A stretch of DNA of 64,000 nt from a virus, in IMG/VR virus record IMGVR_UViG_3300046777_002415, positions 15,499 through 79,498 of that record; one strand, 5' to 3'. The notes under the pieces are model-generated. The model searched no databases and had not been told where the DNA came from. It saw only the letters and a program-made list of their open reading frames with translations. Positions 29,101 to 36,906 of the stretch are shown here, in pieces. A program made the translations under genes and the position numbers. How positions within the stretch are numbered: position 1 is the first letter of the stretch; each line of letters opens with the position of its first letter.

Positions 29101-32100
29101 AAGATCGAGATCGTGGAGGTCACCTACAGGGTGGGTGAGGAAGCGTGGCAGGTTGTCCAGGTCAACCCGACAGCTGGTAATACTTACCCGATCAAGGGCG
29201 TCCCACCAGAGACTCAGGTCACTGGTAAGGCGCGGTGCCTCAATTCTATGGGGGCCTCGGACTACACCGCCGAGTCGACTCTGATTACCCCGTCGCTTAA
29301 CGATCTTCTACCTCAGATGCCCACCAACCTGGACCTTGTCCAGGACGATTATCGGGAGGCCAACGGCCGCATCCGCTATTTCATCAAGGTCAACTGGGTC
29401 GTCAACGGCCTGACAGCAGGCACCGAGATTCAGTGGATACGGTTCGGGGACATCGAAGATCCCGCCAACTGGCCAGATGACAACCGGCTGGGCAAGACCT
29501 TCATCGATGGCAGTGGTCAGTTCTTCCAGATCGAGAACGTGGACGTCACCATGTACAAGGTGCGGCTGCGGTCGAAGAGCATCATCCCGATCAATGGCGC
29601 CTACCAGTACTCCGCTTGGGCAGAAGGCTCAATAGACATTCTGGTCTACGACTACCCTCCGGGACCGCCCACCAATCTGCAAGCCAAGTCGACCCCATCG
29701 GGCATCATGCTGACGTGGGACAACCCACTGGACAGCGACTTCGCCGGCATCCAGATTTTCCACAGCACGACCAACAACCGAGAGGGGGATCTCACCAATA
29801 TCCCGGTGATCCCGGAAGCTAAACCACTGGCATCGGTAGGGAACCCTGTCAACAGCTACTTCCACGTCCCGGACGACCGCCTCTGGCATTACTATTGGAT
29901 CTACGCCTACGACAGCGAGGACGGGATCCACCAGACCAACAAGTCCTCCTGGGAACGCCCAGGCAACAATGACGGTGTCCGCGGCCGGCAAGGCATATTC
30001 GGCGACGGCCTACCTCCGCCCCCGCCAATCAATCTGGTCCTGTACCCGGACACATGGCAGGTCAGTCTGCAATGGGAGCAGAGTCAGGAGATACCCGACC
30101 TGTACGGTACCCAGATTTACTGGTCCAAGACCAACGACCGGGGTCCCGACGACGCTCTCCTTGCTACCTACCTGTTCGTCACGGATGAGAACTTCGCTAC
30201 TCACCTCGGACTTGAGACCGGAGAAACCTATTACTATTGGATCCGGAACATGGACGTCGAGGACCCACCCCAGTTTTCGACGTGGCTACCAGAGGACCGC
30301 TACGGCGGTGCGGCGGCGACGGTCCCGCCCGACCCCCGCAAATATCTTGAGCTGCTCAATGGCGCCATCACCGAAACACAGCTGGCGCAGTCACTGCTGG
30401 GTCTGATCAACAGCGACGGGCTGACCGAGAACGCGACCTTCCTGCAGCTGCAGAAGCTGGTCTCGGACATCGAGGCTCGAGTTGTTCTGAAGTTGCAGCA
30501 AAACTACGAGGGTCTCTCTGAGGTCGCTGCCATTGGCTTCGGTACCGAGGTACAGAACGGCCAAATCGTCAGCCAGTTCTTGGTGCAGGCCGACCGGCTG
30601 GCCATGGGCGCCCCGCAGGTCTTCAACTCGGACGGCATTGAGCTGGTGCCGATCCAGTACGGCTGGGACGACGGCAACTTGCCGGTGGTCTACGATATCG
30701 CCGGCAATGTCATCACCCCTTGCGACCGCTATGGCCAGCCGCTGCCGGCCCATGACGAGACGGCGAAGGGCGCCATCCGGTTGGTCTATGATGAGAATGG
30801 CGAGCGGATGCCGATCTACGGTGCCGATCACGAACTGTTCCCGACACCGCGCTGGGACGGGTTCGTTATCACCACTGAGGAGTACTGGGACGAGAACGGC
30901 GTACTGATCCCACCCGGGGTCTACATCCGCAATGCCAACATCGCGGAAGCCTCGATCGACGGGGCCAAGATTCAGGCGCATACCATCAAGGCCGACCGGA
31001 TCGATGCCAATGGGCTGGTGTTGTTCGACAGTGAAGGTAAGCCTATCTTCGCAGGGGGCGGCGTCGGTGTTGATCTGGAAGCCATGTTCGGCCTTGAACT
31101 CGGCCAGGCCCTGAGAGACCTGAAGGCCAAGGACATCCATCTCTGGATGAAGAACGCGGTCATCGGGGACCTCTACATCGCCGACACGCTGTCATCGGTC
31201 GACTATTCGCCGAGCTATATCAATGAACAAGGTGAATATGTGCCTGGCACAGGATGGCGCATTCACCGCGGCTCAAATCTAGGGGACCCCTCGACCATTG
31301 AGACTGACAACCTCGTGGCGAGAGGGACGCTCAGCTCGGACATCTATGTAGCTGGCGCCCAGGGTTGGAAGTTGTTCAAGGACGGCAGCGTCGAGGTCAA
31401 CAACGGGGTGTTCCGTGGCACACTGGGCGCAGAGACGCTGCTGGTCGGGACTGACTTCACGCTGAAACAGCTCAGCGAACAGGTGCTGCTGGCCTCCTTG
31501 AACATCAGCGCATCTGATCAGTATTTCTCGTTCAACTCCTCAGGGGTCTGCACGAGCGACCTGAATCTGACGATGTTCATCAACAACATCGACAACATCC
31601 TGTGGTCAGCTACCGGGTATCCAGGTGGGGTGCAATTGCAGTTGACAGAGGACGAGGCTAGACCGCGCTATCGGTTCCTGAACAATGAACAGATCAAGAA
31701 GGCCGGTGGGGGCTATTACGACTATATTGAGGTCAAGGCGCAGTTCCAGGACCGCTACGACATCGTCCGCATCTACCCGCTGATCTTCGAAAGCGGCATC
31801 GTCACCGCCGAGCTCTCGAACGCTCGTATCAACTTGGCAGCCGACAGCTCAGGCTACGTCGGCAACTACTCGCTCGGCACTGGGCGCTTTCGAGTCCACC
31901 ACGGTACGACAGAGGTGGCCAAGGCCTCCCTGGCCTTCTCGGTGGTCGGTAGCACCGGTTGTGCCGTCTCGATTGTCAGCGACCCCACCAAGCCCAACCA
32001 CGGGGTCTACAAGGTCACGGACCTGACGTCTGCCGCAGCTACCGCAACCCTTCGGGCTACCTACAACGGGGTCAATTACGATAGGACGCTGGATGTTCTG

Positions 32101-32979
32101 AAGTATCAGGCGATCTTGAGCGGAGCCCCGGGCGAGCCCGGAGAAGATGGCACGGACGGCAAGCGCGGGTCCAAGTTCTTTGTCTTCTACACCTACAACC
32201 CTGATGGGTATTCGGATGCGACATGGTCGGTAACTCAGCCGCCCGTGGACCCGAACAAGGTCTTACCGCCAAGTACGAACACAGCCGAGCTACTGGTCGA
32301 CGCTATGGTGAGGACTGACCCTGGGTCAGAAGGTATCGTGGTCTACTGGGACGTGGTGACCTTGATCAACTACGCCACCGGCTGGAGCGAGACCCGGATG
32401 CGCAGGGATACGGGCTGGGAAGTGGTTGCCGCGTTCTTCAATGGCGACATCATCGTCAAGGGAACGATCTACGCTGACAAGATCGTCAGCAATAGCATCA
32501 TTCGCTTGACCTCAACATCCCTCTACGCCTCCACCGTTTTCGCCGGGGGTAACCAATGGCAACCGCAAATAGGGTGGATATCCCCCAACCCGAAGTATGT
32601 CGTAGACGCTCACCCAGAAAAGACGGGGATAAAGCTGGTGGTCACTGTCACCATGGACTGCCCGACTGATTTGACAGGTGTCCGCATCGCTTACGAGCAA
32701 TATGTAAAGGACTACTGGAACCAAGATGATCCACCCGCCTGGAGAACTCAGTACCGGGAGATATTCAATAGAGGATCCGCGTACTACTCTGCCCGGGTGT
32801 TCACAGCCAGTATCGTACTGGAACTGCAGGTACCTCCGGGTAAGGCCTTCAACCTCTACGTCGAGGCTAAGCAGTTGGGGGCAGAGTGGGTCAACGCGGA
32901 TGCCAACCTGCCCTCGCTCTCGGTAATCGAAACATTCTCTTACTACTTCCCCGATGATGATTGGCGCTATGCCTTCTAA
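26155..32979 (+). CDS. Tail tip / host specificity protein (gpI-gpJ-like fusion, FN3-like repeats)
   Basis: Ubiquitin-like N-terminus + Gly/Ala hydrophobic stretch, YGVIPKLYGEFRITP, SSPAW, RGDCV, FN3-like PPT.L...L.W repeats, SQFLVQADR. Confidence 0.88.
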   Translation: MIRIIARPNPFESEIVYCDIKPGLNLTEIVGRNNNKVHIQVEGVPVPNEAWDSTYPKSGEVVTITVVPGLFGLEGVIAGIVGAAVNAGATAGLTVAGAVGLTGTTATTVAATVGGVIGGAIGIGAMIAPMILPFLVKPQLPSISGSGYTGQTGSRFSVLNSNSNPNMQYGVIPKLYGEFRITPPVAGNAYTRLKKAVIVGQPGTYGYAGTEPTQTYHLLLCLGYGPLKIGGVCIGPQGLQVTDPSTGNVLTCQSKAGTKSPTQPIDCLDQDALAILVGDTPFRQIPGSLYTVGTAKEIVGLLNREGWASYPADIEEDSLSLTLPTPNTPPDVDSSWTSVDGVYQVWTAAPDALKVEVDIVFDALYASRMKDDPNNPGLEDMNVDVVFRVLFKKSSAAGTITREKIGVDQWGAEQWVVIAAGSWQQFTSFTATARSKGACAWTVKIDLPSDADPPATTYDILVIRQSTKYPRPNVSTSAANATWMALRSLKAGTVWDTSEDTGLDEAILMAVEFQASRGFNGGVDPISIRAKSIVRRPVADTLAAWGSNKNLKWVVSSSPAWAFADAFIGPQLQEPFKKDRIDWPALIEWANWCDGTTNTFIDPDTGEVTRKITDYNWYHVEEETILDRIRTITSCGRAAWNITGGLFSVTQDANFYPVQLLSPRNSRNLEITKSYPKIPNALRVRYVHPKTWQQDEVIVLDDYYLRRVNNQWVDNWGDPHTPGQDGYKKAKTYEVLETQGVTSKAQAKREGRYHLANLRMRPEFFTCEVDFEHLVAQRGDCVLLSHDVLLRGWAFGRVLKITAPTQQSAEYRIDVDTDIEISDDANFAVQVRSMNTDPTSAVPLAFIELPLSNPPGTYQQLWVSSSHAAEIAKIAEGDLFVFGPLDEDGDPTGSLLAKITQIDYQADMSAKITMTYAAPGIPAADDGIMDDDGDGPAPKEIPPPPPSSFRLLISQSIPDMTVDGARYTVDATWELPTTGVRDKIEIVEVTYRVGEEAWQVVQVNPTAGNTYPIKGVPPETQVTGKARCLNSMGASDYTAESTLITPSLNDLLPQMPTNLDLVQDDYREANGRIRYFIKVNWVVNGLTAGTEIQWIRFGDIEDPANWPDDNRLGKTFIDGSGQFFQIENVDVTMYKVRLRSKSIIPINGAYQYSAWAEGSIDILVYDYPPGPPTNLQAKSTPSGIMLTWDNPLDSDFAGIQIFHSTTNNREGDLTNIPVIPEAKPLASVGNPVNSYFHVPDDRLWHYYWIYAYDSEDGIHQTNKSSWERPGNNDGVRGRQGIFGDGLPPPPPINLVLYPDTWQVSLQWEQSQEIPDLYGTQIYWSKTNDRGPDDALLATYLFVTDENFATHLGLETGETYYYWIRNMDVEDPPQFSTWLPEDRYGGAAATVPPDPRKYLELLNGAITETQLAQSLLGLINSDGLTENATFLQLQKLVSDIEARVVLKLQQNYEGLSEVAAIGFGTEVQNGQIVSQFLVQADRLAMGAPQVFNSDGIELVPIQYGWDDGNLPVVYDIAGNVITPCDRYGQPLPAHDETAKGAIRLVYDENGERMPIYGADHELFPTPRWDGFVITTEEYWDENGVLIPPGVYIRNANIAEASIDGAKIQAHTIKADRIDANGLVLFDSEGKPIFAGGGVGVDLEAMFGLELGQALRDLKAKDIHLWMKNAVIGDLYIADTLSSVDYSPSYINEQGEYVPGTGWRIHRGSNLGDPSTIETDNLVARGTLSSDIYVAGAQGWKLFKDGSVEVNNGVFRGTLGAETLLVGTDFTLKQLSEQVLLASLNISASDQYFSFNSSGVCTSDLNLTMFINNIDNILWSATGYPGGVQLQLTEDEARPRYRFLNNEQIKKAGGGYYDYIEVKAQFQDRYDIVRIYPLIFESGIVTAELSNARINLAADSSGYVGNYSLGTGRFRVHHGTTEVAKASLAFSVVGSTGCAVSIVSDPTKPNHGVYKVTDLTSAAATATLRATYNGVNYDRTLDVLKYQAILSGAPGEPGEDGTDGKRGSKFFVFYTYNPDGYSDATWSVTQPPVDPNKVLPPSTNTAELLVDAMVRTDPGSEGIVVYWDVVTLINYATGWSETRMRRDTGWEVVAAFFNGDIIVKGTIYADKIVSNSIIRLTSTSLYASTVFAGGNQWQPQIGWISPNPKYVVDAHPEKTGIKLVVTVTMDCPTDLTGVRIAYEQYVKDYWNQDDPPAWRTQYREIFNRGSAYYSARVFTASIVLELQVPPGKAFNLYVEAKQLGAEWVNADANLPSLSVIETFSYYFPDDDWRYAF

Positions 32980-33388
32980 CTTCATAACCTACGAAGCGGC
33001 CACCGGCCGCATTCTGTCCCTGGTTAAGAACCAGGATTTCGCCATCAGCGTGTCGACGATGCCCCCTGGGTATTTGGCTTTGCCTGTCGAGGATTCGATA
33101 CCTGATTCGGTAGGCTGGAACTACTGGGTCGATGCCGGCAAAATAGTACCCAGAGAGGAACTACCTTTGACCGTCTCCGGCACTGAGATCGCCGCCGATG
33201 GTCAGACAGTCCTGTCAGTGGCCGGCATTCCTGCGGGCGCATCGCTGCGTCTGGTCGGGCCGGTTGCCGACGAATGGGTGGAGCAGGACGGGGAGACCGA
33301 GATCACCACGACCGAGCCCGGGGAGTACCAACTGGTGATCGACCTCTGGCCTTACAAGACAGCGAGGGTGGACTTCAATGCGACGTAA
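32969..33388 (+). CDS. Hypothetical tail-associated protein
   Basis: YEAATGRI..., PGEYQLVIDLWPY; follows the tail tip gene. Start uncertain. Confidence 0.6.
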   Translation: MPSNFITYEAATGRILSLVKNQDFAISVSTMPPGYLALPVEDSIPDSVGWNYWVDAGKIVPREELPLTVSGTEIAADGQTVLSVAGIPAGASLRLVGPVADEWVEQDGETEITTTEPGEYQLVIDLWPYKTARVDFNAT

Positions 33389-33599
33389 CCTGACCGGCAG
33401 CTCAGAACAGCAGAAGGCCAAGCGCAACAAGCTGCTGGCCGACACCGACTGGATCGTCACCCGGCACCGAGACGAGAAGGACGAGGGCACCGGGACGACC
33501 CTGACCGCGAAGCAGTTCAAGGCTGTGCTGGCCTACCGGAAGGCGCTCCGGGACTGGGACAAGGTGTCGCCGCTGCCGGCGGCACCTGAACTCCCGTGA
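33378..33599 (+). CDS. Tail fibre assembly chaperone-like protein
   Basis: RNKLLADTDW...YRKALRDW....P..P motif. Confidence 0.8.
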   Translation: MRRNLTGSSEQQKAKRNKLLADTDWIVTRHRDEKDEGTGTTLTAKQFKAVLAYRKALRDWDKVSPLPAAPELP

Positions 33600-33784
33600 T
33601 CACAATTTTGATCACAGGCCCTTTGAATGGCGCCCCGAACACGATTCGAACGTGTGGCCTTTCCCTTAGGAGAACTATGTATTCCTCTGTAGGCCGCGCC
33701 GTTACTGGGTTCCCTTAAAAATGTGATTGCCGTTTGGCACGGCTGGAGCGCGTAGTTCCGCTGTGATCGTGTGCGGCAATCACA
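33597..33784. repeat. Candidate integrase arm-type sites (RATCACA)
   Basis: TGATCACA at 33597 and 33609, TGTGATT 33722, TGTGATC 33762, AATCACA 33778, flanking the core. Confidence 0.5.
33628..33672 (-). mobile_element. attP: attP core: 3' half of tRNA-Arg(CCT)
   Basis: Minus strand CTCCTAA-GGGAA-AGGCC-ACACG-TTCGAAT-CGTGT-TCGGGGC-G-CCA: anticodon loop, T-arm, acceptor strand and CCA. The 5' half is absent; located 42 bp from the integrase stop. Confidence 0.88.
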
Positions 33785-34725
33785 GAATCAAGCACACCCA
33801 CTGCACCCCGCAAATTGCCCGGGGCCAGATGGGCGTAGCGCTCCGTTACCTTGATGGTCGAGTGCCCCAGTATCTCCTTGACCTCGTACAGGGGCACCCC
33901 TGCGCTGACCATCCACGACGCAGTGGTATGGCGGAGCGTGTGCGGGGTAACGTCCGTGAAGCCCGCATTTCTGCAGGCAGTCTCGAATGACCGGCGGAAG
34001 TTCTGGATGCCGTGGAACACCAGCGGGTGGCCTCGCTGTGATTCCAGCGTCTCCACCGCGACATCGGTCAGAGGGATCGTGCGGGATTTCTTGGCCTTGG
34101 TCGTCTCGGCCCGGAGTGTGATCAATCTGCGGGGCATGTCCACATCAGACCATCGAAGTGCCATCAGCTCCCCACGCCGCATGCCAGTGCTGACTGCCAG
34201 AATCACGAAGGCCCTCAGATGCCCGTCACAGAGCGATATGAGCCGGGCGTACTCGTCACCCGTCAGCCACCGCAGTTTCCCTTCTGGCTCACGCAGCTTC
34301 AGCCCTGACACAGGGTTCGGGATGTGGGTGCCGTGATCAATGTTGTAGCAGTTGATGGCTGCCGAGATCATGACCAACTCTTTGTTAATCGTGCCTGGCG
34401 CGGCCCCCTCGGCCTGCCGGCGCTTGACGTGTGAGCGGAGTAGAGAGGGTGACAGGTCCCGGCCCCAGGTAGGGGCGAGACCTGTCAGATGGCGGGCAGT
34501 GGATTTGTTCTGTGGGGTCAGCCGGGTAGACAAGTACTCGGTCAGGACCGTATCAAGCGTAACGTCGCCCCGGTGCTGGGTTTTGTTGCGGTGGGATTCG
34601 CTGCGGAGCTTCTGCTCGAGCGCCTTGGCTTCTTTGAAGTCGGTCCCAGCAGATCGCCTAACTTGCTTGCCGGTGCGGGGATCGTAATAGCTGATCCACC
34701 AGATGTTGTTTCGTTGGTAGGGCAT
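33715..34725 (-). CDS. int: Tyrosine integrase
   Basis: TGMRRGEL, K, HTLRHT, LGH, Y catalytic residues; N-terminal arm-binding segment WWISYY. Confidence 0.95.
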   Translation of the reverse strand: MPYQRNNIWWISYYDPRTGKQVRRSAGTDFKEAKALEQKLRSESHRNKTQHRGDVTLDTVLTEYLSTRLTPQNKSTARHLTGLAPTWGRDLSPSLLRSHVKRRQAEGAAPGTINKELVMISAAINCYNIDHGTHIPNPVSGLKLREPEGKLRWLTGDEYARLISLCDGHLRAFVILAVSTGMRRGELMALRWSDVDMPRRLITLRAETTKAKKSRTIPLTDVAVETLESQRGHPLVFHGIQNFRRSFETACRNAGFTDVTPHTLRHTTASWMVSAGVPLYEVKEILGHSTIKVTERYAHLAPGNLRGAVGVLDSVIAAHDHSGTTRSSRAKRQSHF

Positions 34726-34874
34726 CCATTGATGATAAAGGCCTCAAGGTCGGATTCGCAAACCCGGATCACCTTGCCCTCCACAAAGGCTCTGAGCCGG
34801 CCCTGTCGGACCCACAGCCTGACCGTGGTCCTGCCGACGTTGAGGCGCTCGGCGACCTGTTTGACGGTCATCAT
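34542..34874 (-). CDS. xis: Excisionase-like HTH protein
   Basis: MTVKQVAERLNVGRTTVRLWVRQGRLRA...IRV..SDLEAFI, immediately upstream of int. Confidence 0.75.
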   Translation of the reverse strand: MMTVKQVAERLNVGRTTVRLWVRQGRLRAFVEGKVIRVCESDLEAFIINGCPTNETTSGGSAITIPAPASKLGDLLGPTSKKPRRSSRSSAANPTATKPSTGATLRLIRS

Positions 34875-35083
34875 ACCCCAGCCCTCGCTGCCTGCAGCGC
34901 CACCAGCAGCACATCAATCTGCTCGTGTCGCAGGGCGAAGGCGCTCATGAGGGCGTGGGTCTCCTTGTCGTGGACCATGACACTGACGCCCTCGTGGTTG
35001 CCCCAAGTGGTGGCAATGACCACGACCCCGTGGCCCTCGATCTCAGCCTCGGTGACCGGGGTCTGCAGCACTTCGAGCTTCAT
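34871..35083 (-). CDS. Hypothetical protein
   Basis: ATGA coupling on both sides. Confidence 0.6.
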   Translation of the reverse strand: MKLEVLQTPVTEAEIEGHGVVVIATTWGNHEGVSVMVHDKETHALMSAFALRHEQIDVLLVALQAARAGV

Positions 35084-35238
35084 TTCAGCACCTTCTCATA
35101 CTTGACACACTCCGCATGCCCTTGTATCACCGCCGCCTCAATACAGGTGATCGCATGGGAATCGAAGAAGTCGGTAATCATGCGTTTAGTCGTTACTGCT
35201 GAGATCACGAAGATCAGTAACCAGGGTAGATACTTCAT
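35080..35238 (-). CDS. Small membrane-anchored protein (52 aa, not in the ORF track)
   Basis: MKYLPWLLIFVISAV...; GGAGG RBS; ATGA overlaps on both sides. Confidence 0.6.
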   Translation of the reverse strand: MKYLPWLLIFVISAVTTKRMITDFFDSHAITCIEAAVIQGHAECVKYEKVLK

Positions 35239-35576
35239 TTCGCCTCCCACCGTTCCGCCTGTCTATCCTTCGAATTCCACAGGACCTGAGTGACGACCGC
35301 GGAAGCGCAGATGCCTTCCTCGATCTCCCGCTTGGCTTGATTTTGGGACCGGATCAGTCCGCTCTCATCAGCCAGCACGGTAGCAACCTTGGCGCCGAAC
35401 TCGTCGAACCGGAGGATCAGGTAATTCCCGGTCTTGTATTTCCGGCCAATGTCCAGCTCGCGCTGCAGATCAGCCAGCAGGGTCTCGATCGGCCCGCCTT
35501 CCTGGGTGACGATGTGGCATTCCCTGACCAGCTCCTCTATGCAGTCCTTGGCTTGCTCAATCAGATGCCTGCTCAT
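35235..35576 (-). CDS. Hypothetical protein
   Basis: Coupled ORF with GGAG RBS. Confidence 0.6.
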   Translation of the reverse strand: MSRHLIEQAKDCIEELVRECHIVTQEGGPIETLLADLQRELDIGRKYKTGNYLILRFDEFGAKVATVLADESGLIRSQNQAKREIEEGICASAVVTQVLWNSKDRQAERWEAK

Positions 35577-35950
35577 AGCTCAATCTCCGGGGTGAATTTC
35601 TCATTGAACTCTGGCAGTGGTCTGATCCAGATGCGCTGGTCCTCCGTGCTTTGGTAGACGACCATCTCATGCTGGGTCGACTCCATCTGGCCCACATGAA
35701 GCACCCGGTAAATGTTTCCAGTCTTCTTGTGGACATGGAGGTCGCCCCGGGGCTCAGGGCTTTCAGGCTTGGCCTTCTCAGACTTTTCGACGAAGTCGGC
35801 CATCATCAGAATCTGCGTGGCAACATACTTGGCCATGGCCGGCCGGAGGCCGGCGTAGGCCGAGGGGCCTACGTGGAGCGTGACGTAGCTCGACTTATTC
35901 CCCTCATTGAAGTCGTGACCGACTGCGACGGGATAGGTGGTTTTGATCAT
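35573..35950 (-). CDS. DUF1653-like domain protein
   Basis: H.KTGNIYRV....EST.HEMVVY.....IWIRPL.EF.EKF. Confidence 0.75.
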   Translation of the reverse strand: MIKTTYPVAVGHDFNEGNKSSYVTLHVGPSAYAGLRPAMAKYVATQILMMADFVEKSEKAKPESPEPRGDLHVHKKTGNIYRVLHVGQMESTQHEMVVYQSTEDQRIWIRPLPEFNEKFTPEIEL

Positions 35951-36483
35951 ACCCTTCCCTCCCCTCTCAGCACTCTCTGCACTCGCTCGACCTGCTCCTT
36001 GTCCTCCCTCTGCCCTTCTTCCCGTCTTGCCTTCAGCTCCAGCACGGCCAAGCAGTTCCAGGCGATGTGGGCTAAATGATCGAGGTTAGAGTCAGGATCA
36101 ATAGGCTGCCTCTGCATCTTCAGCAGATGCCGCATGAAGGCATCCAGGTATCTCTCTTCAGCGTTGGGCACAGACTGCCACCCGCCGCGGCAATACTTGT
36201 TGGCGCCAAACGTACCGACGTCGGCCACAGCTCCCAGAGCCCGGCTGAAGTCGAGCAGGACGCCGGCAAGCTGCTTTCCGGCATCCATCTTGGCGCCAGA
36301 GGCGTGGGGATCGGTGCCGTGGGGGTCGGACTCTGCCGGGGGTTTGCGGTAGGGCAGAGCTACGGCCTCATAACTCGGCCGTGCTATGGCTACCATATCC
36401 CCGTCGGCATCTCGAATAGTGCGCGGCTTCGGGGGGGCCGGGGGTATTTGTGTGCCAGGTACAGGTTGAACCATTACCGCCAC
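35947..36483 (-). CDS. dATP/dGTP diphosphohydrolase-domain protein (DUF5664-like)
   Basis: GAK.DAGK...V.TFGANKY..GGW...RY.DA..RH...D.DS.L.HLAH.AWN. Start uncertain. Confidence 0.8.
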   Translation of the reverse strand: MAVMVQPVPGTQIPPAPPKPRTIRDADGDMVAIARPSYEAVALPYRKPPAESDPHGTDPHASGAKMDAGKQLAGVLLDFSRALGAVADVGTFGANKYCRGGWQSVPNAEERYLDAFMRHLLKMQRQPIDPDSNLDHLAHIAWNCLAVLELKARREEGQREDKEQVERVQRVLRGEGRV

Positions 36484-36668
36484 CCTCCCACATCCTTCAG
36501 GTGTCGAACCTGATTCTCAGTGATCTCGGCCTCCATGCCATAGGCGACATAGAGCGCGGCAATATCGTCGACCAGTCGAAGGTCCTGGATGCGCTGCGCG
36601 AAGAAGCGGGCGTCGACCAGGAGCTCTTCGATGGTGTCCGGGTCCTGGAAAAAGTCAGAAAGTTTCAT
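36474..36668 (-). CDS. Small hypothetical protein, paralogue-like of the upstream ORF
   Basis: YGMEAEITENQVRHLKDV resembles YGSEMFISEKQLEILERI. Confidence 0.55.
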   Translation of the reverse strand: MKLSDFFQDPDTIEELLVDARFFAQRIQDLRLVDDIAALYVAYGMEAEITENQVRHLKDVGGWR

Positions 36669-36856
36669 CACCACCCCGCAATCCTTTCAAGGATCTCGAG
36701 CTGCTTCTCCGAGATAAACATCTCGCTGCCGTATTCTGCGAACTTGACCTCCATGTCGGATACAAAGCCCATTTCCCAGTCAGTCTCCGCGTTGAAGCTG
36801 GCGTCTGCCAAAATGTCGGCGAAGTCAAAATTAAGATCAGCAACCGTGTTGCTCAT
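36668..36856 (-). CDS. Small hypothetical protein
   Basis: GGAG RBS; DWEMGFVSDM...SEKQLEILERI. Confidence 0.6.
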   Translation of the reverse strand: MSNTVADLNFDFADILADASFNAETDWEMGFVSDMEVKFAEYGSEMFISEKQLEILERIAGW

Positions 36857-36875
36857 TGGTATCTCCATAGTCAAA

Positions 36876-36896
36876 GGGCCGGTGTGCTGCCGGCCC
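36876..36896 (-). promoter_or_regulatory. CAGCA-loop hairpin copy 1
   Basis: GGGCCGG-cagcaca-CCGGCCC. Confidence 0.7.
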
Positions 36897-36906
36897 AGGT
36901 AGGTTA

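Noticed and set aside
5618-32979. Diversity-generating retroelement acting on fibre or tail tip genes
   Set aside because: No reverse transcriptase and no template/variable repeat pair seen in the window.
33628-33700. Complete tRNA gene
   Set aside because: Only the 3' half is present. The upstream sequence cannot form the anticodon stem, D-arm or acceptor 5' strand.
33596-33784. CRP-binding sites (GTGA...TCACA) for the phage Crp-like protein
   Set aside because: Half-site spacings are 12-13 bp, not 6. They are better explained as integrase arm-type repeats.
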